From: Synechococcus sp.
GTDB taxonomy: Bacteria; Cyanobacteriota; Cyanobacteriia; Thermostichales; PCC-7336
Reading direction: 5' to 3'
DNA: 64,000 nt
NCBI GenBank assembly: GCA_051439605.1
Contig: JBFRWN010000124.1
Location: 96,001 to 160,000 of the forward strand
Each line of letters starts with the position of its first letter. The stretch's first letter is position 1. This document shows, piece by piece, positions 22,768 to 33,299 of the stretch. The notes beneath the pieces were generated by a model that searched no databases, was not told the DNA's origin, and worked only from the letters and a program-made list of their open reading frames with translations. A program made the position numbers and the translations under genes.

Positions 22768-23253
22768 ATGACTATTAACCATCAATTTGATAAAGGCCAG
22801 ACAATAAACCAGCTCAACCGGATACTGGAATCGGAACTGGCTGGGGTGGTGCGCTACACTCACTACTCCCTGATGATTTTTGGCTACAATCGCATTCCAA
22901 TTGTGTCGTGGTTCCGATCCCAAGCGGACGAAACCCTGATTCACGCCCAGCGAGCAGGAGAAATGGTAACGCATTTAGGCGGACATCCCTCGCTAGCTAT
23001 CGGGTCGCTGCTGGAAACCCACAAACACGATATTGGGGAAATTCTGCGGGAGACAATCGAGGCAGAATTTAGGACGCTGCAGCTGTATTACGGATTGCTT
23101 GAACTGGTGGAAGGCAAGTCCGTGCCGATTGAAGAATATGCCAGGGAGTTGATAGCTGCAGAAGAACAGCACCTGGATGAAATTGACAAAATGCTGCGGC
23201 GACCTGGACATATTGAGGTGAGTGAGGAGGCAACGGCGATCGCAAACTCATGA
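22768..23253 (+). CDS. Ferritin-like (bacterioferritin-related) protein
   Basis: ELAGVVRY..ETLIH..E..EEQH di-iron pattern; RBS AGGAGG. Confidence 0.88.
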   Translation: MTINHQFDKGQTINQLNRILESELAGVVRYTHYSLMIFGYNRIPIVSWFRSQADETLIHAQRAGEMVTHLGGHPSLAIGSLLETHKHDIGEILRETIEAEFRTLQLYYGLLELVEGKSVPIEEYARELIAAEEQHLDEIDKMLRRPGHIEVSEEATAIANS

Positions 23254-23993
23254 CAATCCAGGCTCTGTTTCAATCAATGTGTTGATGAAGACTTACTAAG
23301 CTTCTTGGTGATTCTAGGAAATATCTCTGATAATTGTAGTATGGCTGATCGAGCGAGTGAATTTTTCGAACTTGATTGCAAGAGTTTCGAAAAGGTTCGT
23401 CATAGCGAGGATTTTGCTGTTTATCCCACGAATTGCTCCCAAAGGAGAATGACGTTAGGGAAGTAAGTGGCGGATCAATTGTTTGTTTTCGTCTGGCCTT
23501 TTTTTGTGGTGCAAGGTTTTTGTCTTTTTCCTTGCTTTACGATCGCTTATAGAGTGCGAAACCACTCGATAGAACAGCTTGAGCCGATCGACACGATACA
23601 TTCCTTATAGATGAAGTAACGCCCTTGAGGGGTTGCAATCTTTGGACTTCAATCTAGGGGAGCGGAATTCCTGCTCCCTTGCTCGCTTGGAGTAGGATAA
23701 GCAAAAAGCATAATTTTGTGAAAAGGCTACTACAATTATTCCTATCCGAGGTAGAAGAAAACAGCATTTGGGTTGGTATGGAAAAGGCATGGGACCTCAA
23801 TAGCCAATCTCAGGAGCGCCAGAAAGTGAGGCCGACATGAATCGGACAGCCTGGAGGTAGCGCAAACGTTTTATGGATTGCTGATATCGATTCGTTGATA
23901 ATCTCTACAATAGAGTCTGTTTATCAAAACATTTCACGGCAGCAGTTTCAACCTCCTTGCAATCAACTACAAGTATAAAGTAGAGGTAGAAAT

Positions 23994-24338
23994 ATGACTG
24001 CAAATATCACTGATACAAAAAAAATAACAAAAGAACAGGCCATAATAGCTGTACTAGAGGCCGAGAAAAAATCAAGATATGCCATTGAAAAATGCAAATC
24101 TGAAGAAGATAAAATAATGCAAGAAGCACGCCAGAAGTCCCAGAAAATTATAGAGCGTGCCGAGCAACGTATGGCGCAAATTCATCGGATTTGCAATCAA
24201 TTAAGCACCAATGAAGTGAATCGAACTGAGCAAGAAGCTGAGGAACATGCTAAGCAACTACTTTCATGTGAAATAGATTTTAAGATAGCAACAGTCGTGG
24301 TTGAAAAAGTTGCAGAGATGTTGACTGAAGAACTCTAG
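23994..24338 (+). CDS. V/A-type ATPase peripheral stalk subunit G/H-like
   Basis: Coiled-coil AI..VLEAE..A..AIEK..EARQK; first gene of the ATPase operon. Confidence 0.7.
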   Translation: MTANITDTKKITKEQAIIAVLEAEKKSRYAIEKCKSEEDKIMQEARQKSQKIIERAEQRMAQIHRICNQLSTNEVNRTEQEAEEHAKQLLSCEIDFKIATVVVEKVAEMLTEEL

Positions 24339-24371
24339 GTCTAAGGTATATAAAAGCTTTTGGTCGTACTC

Positions 24372-25133
24372 ATGTTGAAAGACTTTATCTATATTCAAAC
24401 TCGACTTCAAGCTCGGCATGGTATGCGCCCCGACAACCAAGAATGGCAGATTCTGGAAAGTCAAAAAGATCTAGCGGCTTTTTTGCACAGTGCACGCCAT
24501 ACTCGTCTGAAGCCCTGGGTACTCAGTCTGCATGCAAGCGACAATCACCACGTACTAGAAACAACACTACGCCAACTTTACTGCAATTATGTGGATGAAG
24601 TCGAACACTGGATGCCCTCGGTATGGCAAGCATCAGTGCGGTGGGTAAAGTACCTACATTATTTGCCTTCGCTTCAATATCTATTGTCTGGCAATATAGT
24701 CTATGCCTGGATGTTGGAAGATCCACAACTTAAAGAGTTGACTGGAACTAATGTAGAAACACGTATCCAAATTCTGCGCCAGTCTGCATATGCTCCACTC
24801 ATCGATCCTTGGCAGTCAGGAAAACCGCTGTTAACAGCTTGGACCGAACATTGGCGATCGTTATGGCCCGATCAAAACAACAATAGATCTATAAATAAAT
24901 TGATTTCATCAATCGATGGGCATCTTTTTAAATTTGGGCAGATCTCATCTCATCCGGGGAGAAAAAGCCGCGAGATATTTACTGCCAAACTATCTATCCT
25001 ATTTCGCCAGTTCAGTTATCAGCCGGTTGCTGTTTTCATCCATCTAGCACTTATTGCTTTAGATGTTGAAAGGTTGCGCAGTAATATTCTGCAGCGTTGT
25101 TTATTCGATCGTTCTAAGGTTGTGCTGCTATGA
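24372..25133 (+). CDS. V/A-type ATPase subunit C-like
   Basis: Operon position; YIQTRLQARHG N-terminus; 4-bp overlap with subunit I. Confidence 0.65.
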   Translation: MLKDFIYIQTRLQARHGMRPDNQEWQILESQKDLAAFLHSARHTRLKPWVLSLHASDNHHVLETTLRQLYCNYVDEVEHWMPSVWQASVRWVKYLHYLPSLQYLLSGNIVYAWMLEDPQLKELTGTNVETRIQILRQSAYAPLIDPWQSGKPLLTAWTEHWRSLWPDQNNNRSINKLISSIDGHLFKFGQISSHPGRKSREIFTAKLSILFRQFSYQPVAVFIHLALIALDVERLRSNILQRCLFDRSKVVLL

Positions 25134-26950
25134 CATTCAGGCCTGTTCCAGCCCGCTGGTTTGAAGTAATCGCGACTCAAGAGGATTTACTCAGCGCGTT
25201 AGACATCCTGCGAAAAACTGGAGATATCGAATTGGAAATTCATAGTGAAATGCCTCGTCCCACTACAATTACTAATCTACAAAATCGTTTGGAAGGCTTT
25301 AATCAGCTTGCACGTCAATATCGAGCCTATTGGCCCAAACCTAATCCTCACGCTACGAAAGTAGTTGGTTTACCTGGCGAATGCTTAGATAGCGCCTTAG
25401 AGAAATTCAGCCTCTGGAGGCAGGCAGCCGATTCGCTAGTTGAACTCATTGAGGAGTTAGCGAGCGAACAGGATGACTTGTTATGCCTGTCGGAGTTTTT
25501 ACAGAAACTGCAAGGTGAAGAATTAGATTTCGCCAACCTCGCACGTGCAGGGCCTATCCTTTGCGCACGCTTATTTGTATTTCCATTTACAACTCAGATC
25601 GAACATTTGCCTACTTCAGCACTATCTATTCAAGTTCCGACAGACGAACGTATCTTTTTGTTAATAGTTGGGGAAGTTGAAACAGTTGATGGCTGGCAAC
25701 GGGATTTATTATTGCAGAAAGGTCGCGCTATTACATTGCCTAACTGGCTCAATGGTAAACGGACAAATGTTGTTGCCCAGGTAGAACAACGGAAAATCCA
25801 GATTCGCGAGAAATTGACGTTGCTTAATGCACAGCTGGATACCATTGCTACAAAACATCATTTGCCAGGAGTGTTGAGCGAGATACGGCAGATTGAGTGG
25901 TTTATTACTCATGCGAGTAATTTACCTGTTTCAGACAATTTTGCCTGGATCACGGGTTGGACCAGCGATATTTCTAGCGATCGACTCAATGAGGCCTTGG
26001 AAGCTGCATCTGTTCGTGCTGTGGTTCATTATCCACCGCCGCCAGTAGAGGCCAAGCCACCCATGGTGTTACAAAATCCCTGGTGGTCAAAACCCTTTGA
26101 GCTATTTGCCAAACTGTTGGGTATACCCTCCACCAACGAAATCGATCCTTCCATGTTTCTCGCATTGATTGTGCCATTGCTATTTGGCTACATGTTTGGG
26201 GACGTTGGCCAAGGTTTTATCCTGATGGTTGCTGGTATTACTATGCAGCGCCACTTTCCAATGCTCAAACTTTTAATAGGATGTGGCTTATCGGCTATGG
26301 TGTTTGGCCTGGTATTCGGGAGCGTGTTCGCTAGTGAAACAATTATTAACCCTTTATGGGTCAATCCTATCAACTCTCCCTTGTCTGTATTGTTCGTTCC
26401 TTTAGGAGGTGGTGTAATCCTGCTGCTATTGGGGCTTGCCTTTAGTGGCGTGCAGGCTTACTGGCAAGGTGAACTGAAAAACTGGTTGCTCAAAGAGGCT
26501 GCTACGATCGCAATATACATCGGGATTGTCGGAAGCGTTTTTCATCTGATTATCAGCATACTGATATTAATTGGGGGGATTTGGTATGTTGCAGGCAGCT
26601 TGTGGTTGACTGACAATCCTTCTCCCAAAGCTCTGTTACCTGTGCTAGGTCAGCTCCTGGAAAGTGGACTGCAATTAATTATTAACACGATTTCTTTTAT
26701 TCGGGTCGGTGCATTTGCCTTAGCCCACGCAGGACTTTCATTGGCATTCATTATCATGGCTGACGCAACTGGCAATGTCCTTCTAGCTGGAATCATTATA
26801 CTGATTGGAAATATTGTCATTATTCTTTTAGAAGGTCTGGTAGTCTCGATTCAAACCACCAGATTGATACTGTTTGAATTTTTCATTCGGTTTATGCGAG
26901 GCACCGGTCGCATGTTTCATCCGTTAGCCATATCTTCAGAATCATCATGA
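25130..26950 (+). CDS. V/A-type ATPase subunit I (a)
   Basis: EIDPS..FGYMFGDVGQG, NTISFIRVGAFALAH (essential Arg), LEGL..IQTTRLILFEFF. Confidence 0.95.
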   Translation: MTFRPVPARWFEVIATQEDLLSALDILRKTGDIELEIHSEMPRPTTITNLQNRLEGFNQLARQYRAYWPKPNPHATKVVGLPGECLDSALEKFSLWRQAADSLVELIEELASEQDDLLCLSEFLQKLQGEELDFANLARAGPILCARLFVFPFTTQIEHLPTSALSIQVPTDERIFLLIVGEVETVDGWQRDLLLQKGRAITLPNWLNGKRTNVVAQVEQRKIQIREKLTLLNAQLDTIATKHHLPGVLSEIRQIEWFITHASNLPVSDNFAWITGWTSDISSDRLNEALEAASVRAVVHYPPPPVEAKPPMVLQNPWWSKPFELFAKLLGIPSTNEIDPSMFLALIVPLLFGYMFGDVGQGFILMVAGITMQRHFPMLKLLIGCGLSAMVFGLVFGSVFASETIINPLWVNPINSPLSVLFVPLGGGVILLLLGLAFSGVQAYWQGELKNWLLKEAATIAIYIGIVGSVFHLIISILILIGGIWYVAGSLWLTDNPSPKALLPVLGQLLESGLQLIINTISFIRVGAFALAHAGLSLAFIIMADATGNVLLAGIIILIGNIVIILLEGLVVSIQTTRLILFEFFIRFMRGTGRMFHPLAISSESS

Positions 26951-26966
26951 AAATGATAAGGAGGAA

Positions 26967-27323
26967 ATGGTCATGATTTCGCACAATAAACATCTATTTA
27001 TTTTGCTCAAGATTACCCTCTCGATCGCTATAGTGGGTGCCACACTTTTTTGGCTAGAGCCAACAATGGCAGCGACTGTTACTACAGATAGTTTAATATC
27101 ACCCGAAATTGTCCAAGCAAGTTATTTCTCTGCTGCATTAGCAACAGGTCTTTCTTCACTTGGTGCAGGCATTGCTGTAGCTTCAGTAGGGAGCGCTGCT
27201 ATAGGGGCATTAGCAGAAAAACCAGAGTTGTTAGGCCGCGTATTAATCATGGTTGGCCTTGCAGAAGGCATTGCAATCTACGGGCTGATCGTATCTATCC
27301 TAATTTTGAATGAAGTTATTTAG
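26967..27323 (+). CDS. V/A-type ATPase proteolipid subunit K (c)
   Basis: GAGIAV..AAIGALAEKPE..GLAEGIAIYGL with the ion-binding Glu; N-terminal signal-like extension. Confidence 0.95.
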   Translation: MVMISHNKHLFILLKITLSIAIVGATLFWLEPTMAATVTTDSLISPEIVQASYFSAALATGLSSLGAGIAVASVGSAAIGALAEKPELLGRVLIMVGLAEGIAIYGLIVSILILNEVI

Positions 27324-27324
27324 A

Positions 27325-27621
27325 ATGAGTGCACCGATTTTTATTGGCGATGAAATTAGCGCTGCAGGTTTTCGGCTAGCAGGCGTAGAGACTCGAACAC
27401 CAAACCCTGATGAACTTCCAAATCTAATCAAGTGGGCTTGTGTTAATACATCTCTGTTATTAATTACTGCGGAATATGCAGCTATGTTGTCCGCAGCAGA
27501 AAGACAACGTTTGCTGTGCCAGGAAATGCCTTTGGTCGTGACGATTTCAGATATTTGCGCTAAGACTCCCTTACCGGATTTAGTGACTGAATTACGATCG
27601 CAACTAGGAGTCTTAGCATGA
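27325..27621 (+). CDS. V/A-type ATPase subunit F
   Basis: IGDEISAAGFRLAGV motif. Confidence 0.92.
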   Translation: MSAPIFIGDEISAAGFRLAGVETRTPNPDELPNLIKWACVNTSLLLITAEYAAMLSAAERQRLLCQEMPLVVTISDICAKTPLPDLVTELRSQLGVLA

Positions 27622-28259
27622 ACGCATCATCCAGCATCGTTCACACACAAGTCGAGCGTTTACTCGATGTCGTGCAGAGATATCAACAACAGCAATGCGA
27701 CAAGATCGTCACTCGGGCTACAGCGGAAGCCGAGCAGATGATTCATCAGACTTATCGAGATGTCCGTCTTCGTTTACACCAGGAAATTCTAGACAGTCGC
27801 GATCGCCTGCAGGGGAAGATTTCAGCATCCAAGGCGAAAAGCCATACCCTCCGAAAAAAATACCAACACGAAGCAGACCGCCGCTATTTGGATCGGGCTT
27901 GGGATTTGCTGAAGGTTAAACTGATCGAACGCTGGCAGAACAAAGAATATCGGCAGCGATGGGTGCAAAAACATTTAGTAGAAGCATTGAGGCTTTTAAT
28001 TGGCCCAGAGTGGTTAGTTGAACATCCGCATAGTTGGACTGTGGATGAACAGCAGCATTTTATTCACCAGGTCAGGGATAAATGTGAGGTTGTTGTTAAT
28101 TTTTCTGCATCGCCAGATATTGTTGCCGGTGTTCGCATTTGCGCCAATGGAGCAACGATCGATGGCACTTTGCAAGGACTGTTGGCGGATCGGTCGCGAA
28201 TTGAGTCTGAATTATTAGCGCAATATCATCAGTATATTTTGTGTGGCAGTGGGTCATAA
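27618..28259 (+). CDS. V/A-type ATPase subunit E
   Basis: N-terminal coiled coil, C-terminal IVAGVRI...IDGTL; operon position. Confidence 0.8.
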   Translation: MNASSSIVHTQVERLLDVVQRYQQQQCDKIVTRATAEAEQMIHQTYRDVRLRLHQEILDSRDRLQGKISASKAKSHTLRKKYQHEADRRYLDRAWDLLKVKLIERWQNKEYRQRWVQKHLVEALRLLIGPEWLVEHPHSWTVDEQQHFIHQVRDKCEVVVNFSASPDIVAGVRICANGATIDGTLQGLLADRSRIESELLAQYHQYILCGSGS

Positions 28260-28302
28260 CAAATCCATCTAATTTGTCAAAGCGGGAAGCGAGGCAGTTG
28301 TT

Positions 28303-30060
28303 ATGAGTACAGCAAGCATTACCTGGATCGGCGGACCAGTTTTGCATGCACAGACAGCAGATATTTTTCATATCAATGAAGCTGTGGTGGTAGGTGCACA
28401 AAAACTGTTGGGCGAAGTCATTCAAATTAAAAGCCAGGAAATCGTCGTTCAAGTGTACGAAGATACCAGCGGTTTACGGCCAGGTGATGTGGTAATTGGC
28501 TACGGTAAGCCCCTTTCCGTAAAACTTGGGCCGGCATTACTGGGAAACATCTTTGATGGTTTGCTAAGGCCCTTAGTGTCGGTAGGCGGCACATTTATCC
28601 AGCCTGGCACGATCGAGCCTGTTCCGAAATCTTTTCATTTTACGCCCAAGGTTAAAACGGATGAATTATTAGCTAGTGGAAGCATCATGGGCACCGTTCG
28701 ATCGGAATCGGGACAACTGCAGCATTGCCCGATCCCGCCAAATGTCAGTGGAATTGTCACCGACGTTGTTGAGCCGGGCGAATATAGCGATGAACAAACG
28801 GTTTGCGTAATAGAAGATAGCCAGAAGAACCGACACGAAATTGCCATGAGCCATTGGTGGCCCGTGCGTCAACCCCGACCCTTTGCCGAACGATTACCCA
28901 CCCTCGGTCCACTGTTGACCGGTCAACGCATCCTAGATTCTATTTTCCCGCTGGCAAGTGGCGGACGTGCGGCGATCCCCGGTGGTTTTGGGACTGGCAA
29001 AACAATACTATTAGAGACTCTCGCCAAATGGTGCGATTCTGACGTCATCTTATATGTTGGTTGCGGAGAACGTGGCAACGAGATGGCCAGTGTGTTGCAC
29101 GAACTGCCCCAATTAGAAGACCCCCGTACTGGCCGACCTTTAATGGAACGTACAGTTATTATTGCCAATACCTCCAATATGCCGGTAGCTGCAAGGGAAG
29201 CGAGTATTTACACCGCGGTGACAGTTGCTGAATATTTTCGAGATCGAGGATTGCGGGTTGCGCTCATGGCAGATTCCACCACCCGCTGGGCAGAAGCGCT
29301 ACGAGAAGTGTCCGGCAGGTTGGGTGAAATACCTAGCGAAGCAGGCTATCCAGCCTATCTAAGCAGTCGGTTAGCTGATTTTTACGAACGTGCTGCTTAC
29401 GTTCGCACAGCATCCGACCAGATTGGCTCGTTAAGTATTATTGGCGCGGTAAGTCCGCCCTCTGCTGATTTTTCTGAACCAGTGACCATCCACACCAAAC
29501 GTTACGTGCGGGTGTTTTGGGCGTTAGACCCCAATCGCGCTCAGGCGCGATTTTATCCGGCGATACACCCTTTGCAATCCTATTCAGGGGATCTGACCGA
29601 GCTCGTTTCATTCTGGAAAGAACACAATCATCCCCAATGGCTAGAACAACGCCGACGTTTCCTGACCTTTCTAGAAAAGCAAAGCCGCTTAGAACGAATA
29701 GCGCGGATTGTGGGTAAAGATGCTTTACCCACAAGGCAACAGCATATTTTGTTATGTGCTGACTTGATTAATGAAGCGTTTCTGCGTCAATCTGCATTTT
29801 CCCAAGTCGATCGGTATTGTTCTCCAGAACGTCAGGCAGCCATGATGAAATTAATTACGCGGTTTATCGATCTTTCACTGGAAGCGATCGAACAACAAGT
29901 AGACATCGAATCGATTACAAATCTGCCATTGTTGCGTCGCTTACGCCGAATGAACGAAGATCTGGGTGAGGACGACATGGAACAATTTAATGTCTTGCGG
30001 GCTGATATGGAAAATGCATTTGGCAAACTGATGAAACAGAGAACGAGCGATGCTAGCTGA
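28303..30060 (+). CDS. V/A-type ATPase catalytic subunit A
   Basis: WPVRQPRP, PGGFGTGKT, GCGERGNE, NTSNMPVAARE, GYPAYL. Confidence 0.98.
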   Translation: MSTASITWIGGPVLHAQTADIFHINEAVVVGAQKLLGEVIQIKSQEIVVQVYEDTSGLRPGDVVIGYGKPLSVKLGPALLGNIFDGLLRPLVSVGGTFIQPGTIEPVPKSFHFTPKVKTDELLASGSIMGTVRSESGQLQHCPIPPNVSGIVTDVVEPGEYSDEQTVCVIEDSQKNRHEIAMSHWWPVRQPRPFAERLPTLGPLLTGQRILDSIFPLASGGRAAIPGGFGTGKTILLETLAKWCDSDVILYVGCGERGNEMASVLHELPQLEDPRTGRPLMERTVIIANTSNMPVAAREASIYTAVTVAEYFRDRGLRVALMADSTTRWAEALREVSGRLGEIPSEAGYPAYLSSRLADFYERAAYVRTASDQIGSLSIIGAVSPPSADFSEPVTIHTKRYVRVFWALDPNRAQARFYPAIHPLQSYSGDLTELVSFWKEHNHPQWLEQRRRFLTFLEKQSRLERIARIVGKDALPTRQQHILLCADLINEAFLRQSAFSQVDRYCSPERQAAMMKLITRFIDLSLEAIEQQVDIESITNLPLLRRLRRMNEDLGEDDMEQFNVLRADMENAFGKLMKQRTSDAS

Positions 30061-31450
30061 TGTCAGTACACGGGGGACAGCCACCCGAATCGAAGGTCCA
30101 CTTCTATTTTTGAAACGCAACCTCAACGTGGGTTTGAATGAAGCCGTGGAGGTGCTAGATACGAAAGGTCATGCGCGTTTAGGCCGGATTGTAACGCTGG
30201 ATGAAGATCGGTTGATTATTGAAGTGCTGGAATCCACCAGTGGTTTGGCGTTATCCAATATCAAAGTCCGCTTTTTGGGTGAACCCTTACATTTTAATGT
30301 GGGGCCCGATCTGTTAGGTCGCATCCTCGATGGGGTCGGACGTCCGTTAGATAGTGGTCCACCCGTTTCATCGCTACAACGTTTGCGGATTGATGGTTTG
30401 CCGCTAAATCCTGCCGCACGATCGAATCCTACGGACTTTATTGAGACTGGCATCACGACGATCGATTTAATGAATAGTTTGGTGCGCGGACAAAAGTTAC
30501 CTATTTTTTCCGGTGGAGGCTTGCCTCACGAACGCATTGCCACGCACATCGCTCAGCAAGCTCGCTTGCGGGGTGAAGCTCGTGGAGAATTTGCGGTGGT
30601 ATTTGTTGCGATTGGCGTTTCGTACGATATAGCGGAACAGTTTCGCCGAGCTATGGAAGAAAGTGGTGCCTTGGAACATACGGTTTTATTTCTGAACCTG
30701 GCATCGGATTCCAGTACCCAACGTTTGCTTGCACCCCGTTATGCATTGACGGCGGCGGAGTATTTGGCATTTTACGAAGATAGACATGTTCTAGCGATCG
30801 TGACTGACATGACTAATTACTGTGAAGCATTAAGGGAAGTCTCCGCCAGTCATGGTGAAATACCTAGCCGCAAAGGATATCCAGGTTATATGTATTCCGA
30901 TCTAGCAAACCTCTTTGAACGCGCGGGATGTATCCAGGGGAAAAAAGGTACCTTGACTCAGTTGCCGATCTTAACAATGCCTGCTGATGACATTACCCAT
31001 CCCATTCCAGATTTGACCGGATATATTACTGAGGGACAAATAGTTTTGGATCGTGAACTCGATCGCCGGGGGATTTATCCACCTATAAAAGTTTTACCCA
31101 GTCTTTCCCGCCTAATGAAAGATGGGATCGGTAAGAACTACACCCATGTGGATCATCCAGCGTTAGCGAACCAATTATATGCAGCCTATGCGCGTTCGGT
31201 GCACGCGCGGGTTCTAGCCAGCGTCATGGGTCAAGAAAGTTTATCAAAAGTTGACCGTATCTTTTTGCAATTTGGCGATCGGTTTGAAAACCAATTGGTA
31301 AGACAGGATCGTCCACGTACCCTGGAGAACAGTATGGAAATAGGTTGGCATCTATTACAACAGTTACCCATCGGCGAATTAACCCGTTTAAGCGATCGGC
31401 AGATTCAGCAGCATATAACGAATGGAGTAGCACACCATGCTAGTCAATGA
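30050..31450 (+). CDS. V/A-type ATPase subunit B
   Basis: VRGQKLPIFSG, TDMTNYCEALRE, RKGYPGYMYSDL, HPIPDLTGYITEGQ. Confidence 0.98.
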   Translation: MLADVSTRGTATRIEGPLLFLKRNLNVGLNEAVEVLDTKGHARLGRIVTLDEDRLIIEVLESTSGLALSNIKVRFLGEPLHFNVGPDLLGRILDGVGRPLDSGPPVSSLQRLRIDGLPLNPAARSNPTDFIETGITTIDLMNSLVRGQKLPIFSGGGLPHERIATHIAQQARLRGEARGEFAVVFVAIGVSYDIAEQFRRAMEESGALEHTVLFLNLASDSSTQRLLAPRYALTAAEYLAFYEDRHVLAIVTDMTNYCEALREVSASHGEIPSRKGYPGYMYSDLANLFERAGCIQGKKGTLTQLPILTMPADDITHPIPDLTGYITEGQIVLDRELDRRGIYPPIKVLPSLSRLMKDGIGKNYTHVDHPALANQLYAAYARSVHARVLASVMGQESLSKVDRIFLQFGDRFENQLVRQDRPRTLENSMEIGWHLLQQLPIGELTRLSDRQIQQHITNGVAHHASQ

Positions 31451-32090
31451 ACAGGCCCCGACGCGTTCGGCTATTCTGCAATTGCAAGAAGAGTTGAGTG
31501 TTGTTCATGAAGCCTACGATTTTCTAGACGAAAAACGTTTGTTACTGGCATCAGAAATATTACAGCAATTAAAACAATATGAGAAGCTGTTAGATGAATA
31601 TGAGAAATTGCGTCAAATTGCTGAGAAAAATTTAATAGCAACCGTGCGGCGACATGGTTTTCAGGGTACACAGGTTTATCCAGCTAAATCTTTAGAAAAT
31701 TCTGATATTTGCATGAACAATGTATTATTTATGGGTGTTAGTTTATTGAAAACTGAATTGCAAATTCCAGAAGATAATACACTTACCCATATTTGCTATC
31801 CCTCCTCAGAAGCAAAGCAATGTCGGCAAAATTTCTTAGAGCTCGTCAAGCTAGCAGGAATTATTGGTGGGATTTCTAGTAATTTACATCGTTTGTCAGC
31901 CGAGTATCAGCGCACAGAGCGACGTGCTAGAGCCCTTGAGAATGTCGTAATTCCTGAAATGACTCGAACACTTCGCGATATGTCCACACAGCTTGAGGAA
32001 ATTGACCAGGAAGACATTATTCGTGTTCACCTCCACAATACTCCGGACCGCTTTAAGGCACAGATGAAACAACAGCTATCCAACATGTAG
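31437..32090 (+). CDS. V/A-type ATPase subunit D
   Basis: APTRS..FLDEKR..TERRARALENVVIP. Confidence 0.95.
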   Translation: MLVNEQAPTRSAILQLQEELSVVHEAYDFLDEKRLLLASEILQQLKQYEKLLDEYEKLRQIAEKNLIATVRRHGFQGTQVYPAKSLENSDICMNNVLFMGVSLLKTELQIPEDNTLTHICYPSSEAKQCRQNFLELVKLAGIIGGISSNLHRLSAEYQRTERRARALENVVIPEMTRTLRDMSTQLEEIDQEDIIRVHLHNTPDRFKAQMKQQLSNM

Positions 32091-32857
32091 CTTTCCACTA
32101 TCAAGAAGACACTTACTGCTGAATAGGCTCCAAGAGAATCTAGCCGGGATGTGGGGTACCTACGCCGAGAGATCGCCCTCTAGACTTGGCTTCAAAACTA
32201 GACTTGAAGTAGGATAGCCGAACAACAAGTTAACTCTATAAGCACGTTTCAATCGCAACCTCGTAATATATTGAACCAGGCTTCGCAGGTCATTTTGGCT
32301 TTAGATGTCGATCTCACCCTTCTGACCATTGCAAACGACTATCAGGGGAAGGTGAGTGATGTCGCGAACGTAGTTCCCGTCCCCGTGGTTCTAGAAGAGG
32401 AACCAGTCCACGTGGGCGTTCCGAACATCTTGGAGTGAATGGATGCCTTTACCACTCAACGACTGGTGGAATATTTTGGCACGGTTCAATTTCAGGTAAC
32501 AGTCAACATTCCGTTCATCAGAACAATCAGCAATCTTTCCGTAGGACTTGTAGCAAATGGATCGTGAGTCGAGATACCGAGCGACTGGTGTGTCCCAGTG
32601 CGTTCGCTCAGAATGCATTTCGTTCGTAAGCCCTTTGGGATTGCTGTGTAACAAGTTAACGACTCACCAGAGTTCAATTGTTTGTTTTGCAAAGTTTCAA
32701 CAGTACCACTAAAAATGTGACATTTCATTGAACCGTAGCTTACAAATTCTCTTCGGTTGTTAGTAACCCCTTCAGGAACTGATGCTTGCCGCTGCGCATA
32801 TTGGCCAGGAATAAAGGTTTTCTTTGGATAAGAATTAAGGATTAGTTCTGCACATTC

Positions 32858-33085
32858 TCAGATACACATACAATTCATCCGGCATAGCATAGAGCTTTTC
32901 AGATGCTCTTCGTGCTGACGTTGTCCGGCCATAAGTTTGCGTGCCTTCGATTCCAACACTTGACCGTTGTTAAAACTGTTCCTATCTAAGTCAAATTCTG
33001 CTCGATAGAGCATAAACTTGTGCAATTGATTTTGATGTTGGCGCTGCTCACTTAGGAGTTTTCGAGCAAGATTCTGGATATTCAT
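32858..33085 (-). CDS. Small protein with two IF7 (GifA)-like repeats
   Basis: RBS GAGG; 41-aa internal repeat ARKL....RQH...L...ML.R. Confidence 0.7.
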   Translation of the reverse strand: MNIQNLARKLLSEQRQHQNQLHKFMLYRAEFDLDRNSFNNGQVLESKARKLMAGQRQHEEHLKSSMLCRMNCMCI

Positions 33086-33299
33086 TAGATACCTCTAAAA
33101 TTTAAAAGCATCTTTATATACATTTTAGAGCAATAGCATGTTTGGTCCACTCTCTTTTGCGTGGCTATTTAGCTATAGATTATTCGGATATGAACATTGC
33201 AAATTCCGCAAAAGCAAGCTCTGTTTCTAGTTGATTGTTCAGTTGTGAAGCCTGTGACAGCTGAGGGTTATATTCCCAGAGGCATTTCCAGAGATTTAG

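Noticed and set aside
32100..32850. Overlapping short ORFs after the ATPase operon
   Set aside because: No consistent frame or family; could be decayed DNA but cannot be supported.
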